Assembly (NCBI GenBank): GCA_008632985.1
Contig: QPGO01000008.1
Span: 600,979 to 664,978 of the forward strand
DNA: 64,000 nt
Direction: 5' to 3'
Source of the DNA: Psammoneis japonica
Lineage: Eukaryota
Position 1 is the first letter of the stretch, and every line of letters begins with the position of its first letter. Under the pieces are notes generated by a model. That model was not told where the DNA came from and ran no database searches. It saw only the letters and a program-made list of their open reading frames with translations. The translations under genes and the position numbers were made by a program. Positions 23,839 to 34,954 of this stretch are shown one piece after another.

Positions 23839-26800
23839 TTGTCGCCCCTCAGTGCTGCACGCATCTCCCCAATTTTTTCTCCCCTGGAGTCACCTGCGAC
23901 CTTTGCATTCTTGACTGCTCCAGTCATCCCCATCAATCATGTGCTTCATGATTCAACGACATGTCGTGCTCAGATTGATGCTGGCGCTTGGGTGTCCTGC
24001 ACAGGGGACAAGAACCTCCTCCATGCCTGTGCTCCTTTTGGACTGGACAACCCTTGTCCTTTGAAGATTCTTCCTGCTGCTGAAGGCTCTGATGTGGTCC
24101 CTCATGGCTTTGGTTGTCCACAGGTGCCTGCAGACAATCCTGAAGGTTTTCTTCTTGTGTGCACTTTTTACCATCCCAGCCTGCATTCCACTTTGATTGA
24201 CAAACGTGATTTTGCACGGGCTTCTGGTTTCAAACCTCAGTCCATTCGATCCGAGGTCGGTGCTTGCACTCACACTGCTTCCGCTGATGCTCAAGAGGCA
24301 GTTGTCCATGGCATGCTTCGACATGGCAAGGTCTTCACACAACCCCTGGTTCCTCCGTCTGCATCTCATGTCCCTTCAACATCAACGACCCCTGACTTGT
24401 CCTTGGTTGATGATGTTGATGATGTTGATGATGCATGCCAATGCGCAGTCTTTTTTGTCAATGTCCAACAAAGTCCATCCGATCCCTTGCTGATGGATGC
24501 TGAGCTGTTTTTGATGCAGTGTGACTCGGCTCCCCATGTCTCACCTCCGTTGTCTGCCCCTGCTCCAGTCCGCTCTCTCAAGGTTGAGACTGAACATCTT
24601 CTGTGGCATCAATGCCTTGGACATCCCAGCGATCACTGCTTGTACAATGCTCACAAGTGCATCAAGGGCGTCCCGAAGTTCCAACATGCCAATCCTGTCC
24701 TTGACATGTGTCCTGCGTGTGTCCAAGCCAAGCAAGTCAAGACTCCTGCTGGACCAAACACAACCCAAAAGGTGACCCAGCCATGCCAAGGCCTTGCTGT
24801 GGATTTTGCTTTCGCTGGCCAGGCTTCCAAGAATGAAGACTGCAAGGTTGATCATCTTGGACACAGTGGTGAAACGTGTTGGATCGCTGTCTACGATCAT
24901 CACACACGGATGCTCCATGGAGTGGCAAGGGTTTCCAAAGCCAGTCCTCTCAAGTGGCTTTGCCGATTCTTGGATGGACATTCACCAAATTGTCGTGACA
25001 AATGTGCACTCATGGACCAAGGTGGAGAATTGTGCAAAAATCCCAAAGTTCGTGACCTCTTTGAACGAGAATTCCAGCATGACATCTGTCCTTCTGGCGC
25101 TGGTGCATCCAACCAATGTGGACCTGTTGAACGCTCACATTCAACTGTTGAAAATGCGATTCGTGCAATTTTAATTGGTGCCAACCTTCCGATTCGATTC
25201 TGGCCCTGTGCTTTTTACCATCACCTCTGCATCAAGAATGCTGCTCCTGCAAAAGATCAAGATGCGGCACCCATCACTCTTGCCACCGGAAAGGTTGAAG
25301 ATTTTACTGCTCTGAAGACTTTCAGATGTCAAGTGTGGTCCAAACGGTCCACTGCTCGTTCTGCTGCTTTCCGGACCAATTCCAAGAAGGGTGCATTCCT
25401 TGGCTGCCTTCCAAACACCCTGAAGAATGTTGTGTGGTGGGATCCTGAGACTGATGAAGTCAAGACGGCCAAGCATGTGTGCTGCGATGAAGGTGTGAAT
25501 GATCTGTTTTTGGATCAACTTCCTCCCAATGCCATCCATTTACAGTGTGTGGAAAATGGTCAGCCTTTTCCAGCTGAAACACAGGACACCACCGTTCCTC
25601 TGTTTGCCTCTTCGTCGAATCCTTTTGCTGCAACTGTTGCATGTGCCATGAAACGTCCCCCAAAGGATCCCACCTGTGGTTTTGGATTTTCCCAGTGTGT
25701 GCTGATGGACCGTGTCTGTGCATCACAAATCAAGCAGTGCAGTCATGCAGCATCTTTGTTCTCTTCTCTCCGTGCTGCTCACAACAAGATTGTGGGTGCA
25801 TGCATTGTCTCTGTCAACAAGCATGAAGCATTTGCTCCAAAGGATGCTGAAGAGGCTTTGTCTCAGGTCTTCCATGATGAAATCCCGACCTTCGAGATTG
25901 CTTTTGCGCCGGAACAATGATTGGATTCTCGCACCCTTGATGAGGCATTTGAGGAAGCGGAGTTGTTTGAACCTGATTCCTTGGAGGATGACTCCCATGT
26001 TCCTGAACTCACTTTGGAGGATGTGTGATCTGTCACGGCCCTTCTCTGTCCTGATGATGATTTTTCAGATGAGGCCATCCCTGCTGATGTGTTCCATGCC
26101 CACCTCAATGCGATTTGCTCCCGCTCTCTCACTCCGGAGGAAGCTGCTCTTGACTGCCTCACCCGTGCCAAGCTTCGTAAACTTGACACATGGCCTGAAT
26201 GGGAAGAAGGCGAGCAGCGTCAATTGGATCAATTTTGTGCCCTTGGTGTGTGTGGTCCTCCTCAACCACGTCCCCCTGGCGTGAACGTCATGCGTCCGCA
26301 TTGGGATCACATGGTGAAGCCGGATGGACAACGTCATTCTCGGCAATGTGGTGATGGTTCCAAGTCGGAAATGCCGGCCTTGCACAAGTTGACTTCCACC
26401 TGTTTGTCATGTGTGGAACGCTCCATCAAAAAGATGTTTTTTGCTCTCAGTGCAGCTGTGTCACATTGTGTCTTCGGCGGTGATGCTCGGGATGCCTGCG
26501 CTCATTCTCCTGGTCCTTCACAGCCAGTTTTCGTTGCTGTTGATGATGCACACATGCTGCCTGGCATGAAAAGAGATTTGGCAAGAAAGCGCCCCGCCAT
26601 TGTGTTCTCCCACTCAAGCATGCTCTTCAAGGTCACCCTGAAGCTGGTGTCCTTTGGGAAAAGCACATCAACTCAATTCCAACGGGTGCAAAACTTCTTT
26701 TCTGCAACGCTGCTCATGACAAGTGCATCCATTCTGGTGAATGTGATGGTGTCAAGGTCCTTCCACTCCATCAGGTCGATGATTTTGCTCTTGCTTGTCC

Positions 26801-27884
26801 CTCCAAAAAGATTGCAAAAGAGATCTACAACCATGTTGGCAAGGCTCTCCAGATGGAGAATGAGGGCACTCCTCCGTTCAAGTGTTTGGGCTCAGTTGCT
26901 GAGTTCAACGGCATTGATGTCATCCAAAATGACGGCTCGATTGCTGTCAATGTTGCCAGCTGCCTTGATCATGTTTTCAAGACCCATGGTTGGGATGCTC
27001 CCACTGCAAATGAATCTGAGTCTGATTTCAAGGCTGCACCTGTGCCGGTTGATTGTGTCCCTGATCTGTGTGCCACTGAAGGTCCTGAAGAGGGCACTCC
27101 TGAGTGCAGTGCTCTTGCTGAGTCCCAGGGTTTCTCTTGCCGTTCTGTTCTGGGTGAATTGGTCTTCACCTGCTCCTGTTGTCGTTTGGACATTGGTCAT
27201 CCCATTGTTGCCTTGTCCAAGTTTTCCAAGGCCCCGGCTGAGCTTCGTTGTGATTCACTCAAGCGCATGGCCAAGTGTTTGCGGTGCACCAAACATTGGG
27301 GGCTGACGTGTGAGAAGTCCAAGCGCGATCCCGGTCTGCCTCCTTGCAATTTCGAGTGGCTTGAGGATGACCCATCTCTCCCGGACTTCCCTTGTGCTGA
27401 TGACCTTTTCCAACTTCTTGGTTTCATTGACACAGCACATGCCAGTGAACCATGGCATCGCCGCTCTGCTGCTGGATGTGCGCATGTCCTTGCTGGTGCT
27501 GCAATTGACTGTTGTTGCCATGCACAGATGATTGCCACCACCAGTTCCACGGAAGCTGAGTTTCTCGCGGCTGTTGCTGGTGCGAAACAGACCCTGTGCC
27601 TCCGCATGGTTCTGGAAGAATTGGGCTTTCCTCAACGTGATCCTGCTCCCTTGCACATTGATGGCTCCTCCGCCATCCAGATGTTCAATGACAAGGTGCC
27701 TGCGGAGCGATCCTGCCATGTTGACATTCAACATTTTGCTGTCCAAGACTGGTGTGACACAGGCAAGATTGTCACTCAACATGTCCCGGGTGTCATTGAC
27801 CCTGCTGATGTGCTGACCAAGGCTGTGGGTTGGACGATGCTTCGTTCCCGCCATGCCCGCCATTTGATGGGACATTGCCATTGA
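23839..27884 (+). pseudogene. Copia pol (protease, integrase, RT, RNase H) with frameshifts, stops and hypermutation
   Basis: QIDAGA (protease), LWHQCLGH, CPAC, VDFAF, DQGGEL, GPVERSH, FWPCAF, FLGC, RPHW, GGDARDACAHSP, ALQGHPEAG, HQVDDFALA, GFIDTAHA, SSTEAEFLAAV, HVDIQHFAVQDW, DPADVLTK. Confidence 0.93.
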
Positions 27885-28026
27885 CTGTCATCAGGTTTTG
27901 TTGTGGATTGAGTCTTGGGTGTGTCTCTTTTTTCTTTGTTTTGTTCTTTGCCATTCTGGTCCTCTCTTTTCATTCGGATCGTCCATTTTTTTCTTGTTGA
28001 GCATTGCATTGCTTGTCAGGGGAGGA

Positions 28027-28187
28027 TGACAGACATCCGAGATGGGGAGTGCACTCCCTTGTGTCGGACAGACTAGCACAGACAGCATGGAGAGATCCGA
28101 TGATCTCTCCTTTGCTCACTTTCTTTCTCATCTAGCACACGATTGTCATCTGTCCTGGACATCCATCAGATTGTCCCAACACCACCA
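28027..28187 (+). repeat. 3' LTR
   Basis: Preceded by the PPT and followed by TSD GAGCC. Confidence 0.95.
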
Positions 28188-30844
28188 GAGCCAAGCCACC
28201 ATGCTCTCCACAGCAAAAAATCTTGGAGCTGCATCCTTTGCTTGCACAATGATGGGCTCAAGCCCATCACAAGCACGGCACAGAGTTGCAGCACATGCCA
28301 TTGCATGTGGCAAAAGCATGTCTTGGCAAGCTCTTCTCTCTAGAATGAGGGCGGTCTCTTGAGTGGATGACCTTGTGGCCCAGTCTTGAGCAGGGTGTGG
28401 CACAGACAAAACATTCCAAAGTCTGCCAAGGGAGAAAGGTCCAAAGCAAACAGAGTTTTGCACAAGTTTGCCACTGCTGGGAGCTGACTTTCATTTGCTC
28501 CTCATGGTCACACCCAGGCAGGAGGTTCGAGGGAATCCAGTGCACCTGGCACACCACTTCAAAGTGTTGCTGAAAGGTTGGCACCCAAAGCAGGCAGTTC
28601 ACAGCACACACATCATTTTTTGTGACATCATGACTCGCTGTTTTGTCCAGCCTCTGTCACCATTGAGTGGAGTGCAAACAAGTCAGCACCATCAGCATGG
28701 CCCGCTTCCATTTGAGCTTCTTTTTGCAAAAGAAAAAGTGGAGGATGCTGCTGAGAAAAGTGGTGCACCATTTGGCCATTCTTTTGTTTCCTTGCCAACT
28801 CATGCTTTGTGTTGCAGCAGTTGCAGTGGCCACTTTTGCCAAGACTGCCACAGACTGGCTCAAATTGTTTTTTGTCACTCATCTGGAAGAGATCCTGGGC
28901 ACCACATTTTTGCCGTGGGTGCTGCAGCTCTGTCATGAAAGTTGTTTTGTAGATCCATGTCAACACCCTGGTTTTGTTGGAGCCAGCAACATGCCAACAC
29001 ACCTTCCTTTTGATGTTCTCATCACAGTTTTTTTGGGTCAATCACCATGTTGGGTCTGTCAACAGCATGAAGTGGACCACACAGACAGCATGACTGAGCC
29101 TCTCCATCATGTCAAAATGCCCTCCATTGCCACATGCAGCCACCACATGATTTTTTCAAGCACAGCCAAAAACATCAACTGCAACAGCATCAAAGCAAGT
29201 GTTGCAAGCAAGCCACAAGCTGTGGCAACAGAGATGATGCTGCAGCCAGCAGGCAGTGAGCTTTTCCAGCCCAGCAGCAAAGAGCGAAGCTTGCAACATG
29301 TGCAGGTGCCAGAAGGAGCTTTTGTGGTGAAGTTGTTGGACTTGGACATGGCAAAGATCTTTGGCTGCTTCTGCCTGCCCTTGCTGCCATCTTCTGTGAC
29401 ACACCCTTGGCATCCTGTTGTGATGGCAGCAGGTTCACATGCCTGTCACAAATTCCAACATTCTGCACTCCTTGTGGGCTTCCCCCTGCTGTCATGTTGC
29501 TGTGGCCACATTTCCACATTTTGTGGAACCAAGCTCAGCTCTCATGTCTTTCAGACAGCAGCTCTTGTCAGGATCAAGACTCAGACACTCAAAGCTTGGA
29601 TTGGACTGCTGCTGTCAGAAGCTGAGCGCTGGCCTCAATGGCAGAATCTGTGGGGTTCTTGCAGTGAAGCCATTCATGGATGCACTGCAGAGCAACCAGG
29701 AAATCAGCACCACACAATGATGCAGAAGCCAAGGTCAAGGCAATGTGCTCATGAGCAGACAATTGTTTGGCTCACACTTGCTGGAATCTTCACTTGACAA
29801 ACACCTCACCTGTGCATCACACACGGTGAGAAATTGGCTGCAAATCTGTGGCAAAAACAACACTCAAAAGTTGAGCATTCAGGGAGCCAAAGGTTCACTG
29901 CTGGAGGCAAACAAGCCATTGAGTGAAGAGGGTGCATCCACCTGCCCCCTCAAACCACAAAGTCACCCATCTCATTGACCAGCAGCATTTGGGTGAAATG
30001 TGCTCCAGTGCTTGCATTTGCAGGCAGAGCCTGTCATGCAAAACTGTGCTTCCCACATGCAGCCACTCCTGTCCCATGGTGGCACCTTCACCACACTTCA
30101 CCTGGTCACAAAGTGCCCACACTCTGACAACCTTCTGCCTTGCATGATGGCTCCCGCCCAGGAAAATGGCCACATCCTTCAGCCCCCCACTGTCTGGAGC
30201 TCTTCAAGCTTTGCTGGTGCTGCAGGTGGACCTGTGTGAATCCAACCAAATCCATGCAGAGCAGAGGAGTTGTCAGAGCTGTGTGCTGTGTTTGAAGTGT
30301 GGCACCAGCTGCTGCAGAGCAGGCAAAGTGATGCAATGACTCTTGGTCACTTGACCAGCTCAGTGTCTGGCCATCACTGACCAGGCTGCTGTCGCTGGCC
30401 GGAACCCAAGTTGCCTCTTGCCACTTGAGTTGAACTTCCCTCATTTGACCTCTCTCACTGCATCAAGAGAGGTGGCAAAAAAGAGACTTTTGTCATTTTG
30501 CAACAACAAAAGTGGACAGCTAAAAGGAGACCTCTGTGGTTCTAGCTGTTGCTGTCACCGTGGTGGAGTGGTCTGGAGTTAAGAGCTCCGTGAATGACAG
30601 ACCTGTGCCACCAAATCTACATGGAGTGGAGTTATCACCTCGTTCTGTTCGAAGCGGCGTACAGCAAAAAGGCAAGTACTTCTACACTGCACTGCAGGCC
30701 CTCTCTGTGTAGCTTCATTGCTTCCGGACAATAAAAACGGAAAGAAACATCGTGATGTGATCTATTACTACTGTGGAGTGCCCTAATCTCTACTCAGCTA
30801 CCGGCAAACTAGGTTCCTTAATCTGGTGAACAATGCAGTCACCT

Positions 30845-32547
30845 TTATGAACAGCCATTATCGTGAGGTGTGATGTAGTCCCTCTGGTGCAACTGCCCGA
30901 TTGTGAGAACAACGAAAGAAAGTCCTGTTAGACACATCGAACAACGAGTGAATCATCGTCAGGCGATTGCATGGTATACTCACCCATGAATTTACACCAT
31001 ATTTCACACCCTTGATGACTGGCTTTGCTTCTGAACGAGGCATGAAAATGATTCGAACGATTAGAATAATCATGAGCTCTTCAAATAGGCATTGCATCAT
31101 AGTCTTACCATGCTCGGTGCGTTCATCGATGGCGTTGGGATCGTCGTTCAATACACTAGGCCACAACAGCGCTCTTCCACGTTTAGGTTGAACCGTCAAA
31201 TCGAGATCTGGGAAGCCTGTGCCTCCACCCTCCTCCACATCATTCAGATACAAATAAAGTGTCATCAGTCTGACCCCCTGCGGGCGGTCAACTTCAAAAT
31301 CGATATAATCGTGATGCTTGACATAGTGCTGCCCAGGCTCGTACCTTAAAAGTTGGAGGTGCTCAGAATTGTTTTTCGGGATCCCCGTCACGTCTTCAAT
31401 TCTCTGAATAACTGATTGAGCAACAGGATCCTCGGCACAAACGCCCTCGCACCACGCGTTGGTCGAGGTGCGACCTTCGTTAACGTCATCTTCAAATGTG
31501 CCATCAAAGCTCATTTCACCAACATCTGCGCTGCGTTCATATCCCTCCTTGGCACCCAGCTCAATGAGCCTTTCGCACTCTTTCTGCGAGGCAAAATTCT
31601 CTAAAATCACCACCCAAGGTCCAATTTGATAGTCAACGTTCGACGCCTTCGAGTCACCCTTGGCCAAATACGGACGAGACAACGCGTGAGGCTGATACTT
31701 CTCATACTTCGGAAAGGTAAGAATCTTTTCAAACATATGATCCACGTCGCCGCTTTCCCAGACGCCTTTATCGGTCCTATCCCACGGACATCTCTCTTCG
31801 TGCAGTAGCTTTTCGCAAATCTGACACGCTGGTCCACAATTCATAATCATGAATTCGTACTCTTTTTCTTCCTCATCGCAGGCTCCATCGAGGGCCCACA
31901 AACTAAAGTCGCCCAAGAAAAATCTTCTGATGAGCCAATTCTTGTCGGAACAAGGTATCGGCACACTTGGTTCAACTCACCTGCAGTCCTCTTCGAAATT
32001 TTTACAATGAAACCTCACTTTTTCGTATTTGGGCTCGATCATTACCACATTTGTCATGTATTCAACCGCCTTATTCACCATGTCCTTGACCTCATCCGAA
32101 CGAGTCCCTGCGTCGTTTGTGGGACGCCAACACTTATGGGCTCGCTGAAGTAACGAGGAGAATCCAGGGATGCAATGAGAGACAAAAACACTTATCGTGC
32201 ACGATGATACATCGGTACAAAATGAACTACACACATCATTCCTGAGCCTACCAGTATTACTTACTCGCACATCTTACAAGCCTTCCGGCAGTATTCCTCC
32301 ATAAAAGAAGGGTTCTCTTTACATTCACTAGGCTTGAGATTCGCCCAAAACTCACACTCTTCGTCCTCGTTTACACATGGGTATTCCGAGATCACTCCAC
32401 CTCGATGAGATTGTATTCATCGACGTCATCTATGCACGTGCCATCAGCAGAGCAGTTTTCGTCAAGCTCTTCGCCAAACAAGAGACTCGGTATCAGTATT
32501 AGTACACTTAAGATAGAAGCGTAACGAAAGGCCGAGACAAACATCAT
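30845..32547 (-). CDS. ShKT-domain prolyl 4-hydroxylase (P4H paralogue 2); two apparent -1 frameshifts near the 5' end (pseudogene or consensus error)
   Basis: Signal peptide MMFVSAFRYASILSVLILIPSLLFG; two ShKT domains; GRTS, HHDY, LYLNDVEEGGGT, KYGVNSW, LHQRDYITPHDNGCS*. Frame breaks near 32415 and 32117. Confidence 0.8.
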
Positions 32548-32811
32548 GCTGATCAACTACGGTACCGCCGCAATCAATCTCTTGTGTTTGATGTTGAACA
32601 AAAGAGACCGCACACTGCAAACACACGATGCCGCAGCAAGAAGAAAGCCGCGAGCGAACACAGAAAAGTCATCGAAGAAAGTCATTGTGTCGGACATTAA
32701 TACTGTACGATAGAGTCGGTGTTCGCATTACTGTAAAACTCCCACAATTTCATCACAACATCTTTTTTATGTATCACCTCACTCATCTTCTTGTCGATGT
32801 GTGCCGGGAAG

Positions 32812-34589
32812 TTATTGACAATTATTTTCACTCGGGGTTTTGAAGTCCTTCTGGTGCAACTGTTTCATGAAAAGCGGGCAAAGCGTGAGACATATGGCCT
32901 GCAAGAGACCTTTTTTACAAATCTAGTAGAGAAGTCGTAAACTCACCCACTGGGCAGTGATACGAAAGTTTAATTTGTGAGTGACTGAGTGAGTGACTGA
33001 GTGAGAAACTGAGTGAGTGACTTACAGCATTTGCACCAAATTTCACGCCCTTTTCGACAGGTAAAGCGGCGTGGTAAGTCCGACCGTCTTTACGATTCGG
33101 GTGGCTGTCCAACACGCTAGGCCACAACAGAGCTCTTCCACGTTTTGGTGTAACTGTGAGTTTCAGATTCGTAAACTGCGTTGCTCCTCCTGCTTCAACA
33201 TCGTTCAAGTACAAAAACACCGTAATGGTTCTGACCCCACTCTGCCGGTTGACCTGGTATGGTATGTAGTCATGATGCATCTGGTAGAACTCGTTTACCT
33301 TTATTGCCGTCGTTCGGCGGGCAATGGTTACGGATAAGAAAGACTGCATTTCTAACACTTCCACCAACCAGAGCCAGACTCACCTCATATTTCAACAACT
33401 GAAGATATTCAGAGTTACGTTCCTCGATACCAGTTAGATTAGCGATTTTCTCCATGACAGTCTTTGCAACGGGGTCTTCGTAACATGTGTGTTGACACCA
33501 GGCATTCTTGGAGGTGCGGCCATCATTGACATTGCTTTCAGTCGTCCCGTCAAATTTCATCTTGCCCACATCAGCACTTCGCTCGTATCCCTCTTCTGCA
33601 CCAAGCTCAATCAATTTGTCACATTGTTCTGGAGTAAGGAAATCATCAAGAACAACAACCCACGGCCCGTCTATCGGCGCGCTTTCGTCGTCAGCTTCGT
33701 TATTCGACTTGAATTTTAGCAAGCTTTTGATCCGATCGGTAATACCCTTCTTCTTCTTCTTCTCGTCAGTATTCTGTACTGGTTCCTTGCCTTTTGGTAC
33801 TTTACTCTTTGCAGGCTTGGATAGAATCTGTGGATTATACTTTTCGTATTCTTTGTCTGTCACAATCCGCATAAACATTTTGTTCACGTCACCTGGCTTC
33901 AACGCATCAGGTGGCAAATCATCCATCGGACATCTGGTCTCGTAGTCAATCAAATCACACGTCTGACAAGAGGGGGCGCACTGGAGCTGCATGAAGTTAG
34001 GGTTTTTCTCACACTCGCCGATAAGTGCCCAGAAAGAACAGTCGACGTGACGGTTCTTGCAATGCCGCATTACTCTCTTGTACTTTGAATTCACCATAAC
34101 CTCCGTTCGCATGTAGTCAATAGTTTTCTCCAGAATAGCTCGAATCTCGTAAGCACGCGGACCAGCGAGCTTCTGCTTTTCACCTAAATCAAACTCAAGG
34201 TCATCCTCAATACTAGGAAGCACAATCCTATCAGAAAAGTCACATCATGCAGCGTGTCAAAACTGAGAGAACGAAGCACGAAACATACTTTCACGGCTAA
34301 TTCTTCGGGCGACTTACATGTTCTCGCAAGCGTTGCACGATTTACGGCAATTGTGCAACATATAATTGGGATTGGCCTCGCACTCGCCTTTACGGGCCCA
34401 GAATTGACATTCCTGATGCTCATCCTCGCACGATACTGCTGCACCTTCGGCGTTGTTGTCCGTGCAAGTGCCGTCATCAGCCGAGCAAGTTTTCGCATCC
34501 ACCCCGCCACTTTCTACGACCGATACTGTGTCACTACTAGCAACCAGAATGAGATTCAGAAGGACGATTAATAGCGAGATTCTCTTCAT
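32812..34589 (-). CDS. ShKT-domain prolyl 4-hydroxylase (P4H paralogue 3) with a predicted 3-nt micro-exon
   Basis: MKRISLLIVLLNLILVASS; two ShKT domains; GRTS, HHDY, FLYLNDVEAGGAT, HAALPV, KFGANA|W|LHQKDFKTPSENNCQ*. Confidence 0.9.
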
Positions 34590-34819
34590 AATGGCCGACC
34601 CATCTAACATACCTCCCGTTCGTCGTCATTTTTTGAGCACACTCAGTGCTCAACATCCAAACGCCGCTCAACGGTCATCAGCGGCACCCGGAAAGATAGA
34701 TTTGTACCAAGGACGTGCGTAAAATTCCACATGCGCAAAAAATGGTACTTCATCCATGTGAAGAGCGTCTGTACTCCCTACCGATACAGTACGCTGGGAG
34801 GAAAACTCTTTTGCCGAAC

Positions 34820-34925
34820 GACTACTCTCTCCAGCTCTCTCTCTCTAGCTAGAGAGTAGAAGTAGCTAGCTCTAGCTAGCTAGCTACAGTAGTAGCTAGT
34901 ACCTTTCACTCTACAGTACTGTACT
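34820..34925. promoter_or_regulatory. Intergenic CTAG-rich tract upstream of P4H paralogue 3
   Basis: ctctctagctagagagtagaagtagctagctctagctagctagctacagtagtagctagtacc. Confidence 0.45.
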
Positions 34926-34954
34926 CGGACCCTTTTTGTTTTCTTTATTGTTCT

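Larger units (their letters stand above)
21123..28187 (+). mobile_element. Full-length Ty1/Copia LTR retrotransposon (CoDi-like), 7065 bp, inactivated
   Basis: 161-bp TG...CA LTRs; 5-bp TSD GAGCC (21118-21122 and 28188-28192); PPT AGGGGAGGA directly before the 3' LTR; domain order gag-PR-IN-RT-RH. Confidence 0.95.
18090..30600. other. Hypermutated block B: unidentified degenerate sequence with a nested Copia element
   Basis: 19501-20100 has 2 TA and 1 CG in 600 bp. The flanks of the Copia are contiguous (TSD intact). Boundaries are approximate. Confidence 0.9.

Noticed and set aside
18090..30600. Alternative genetic code or foreign (viral/HGT) origin for the TA-free DNA
   Set aside because: LTR-pair differences and broken catalytic motifs show mutation after insertion, and the depletion is frame-independent and includes non-coding LTRs.
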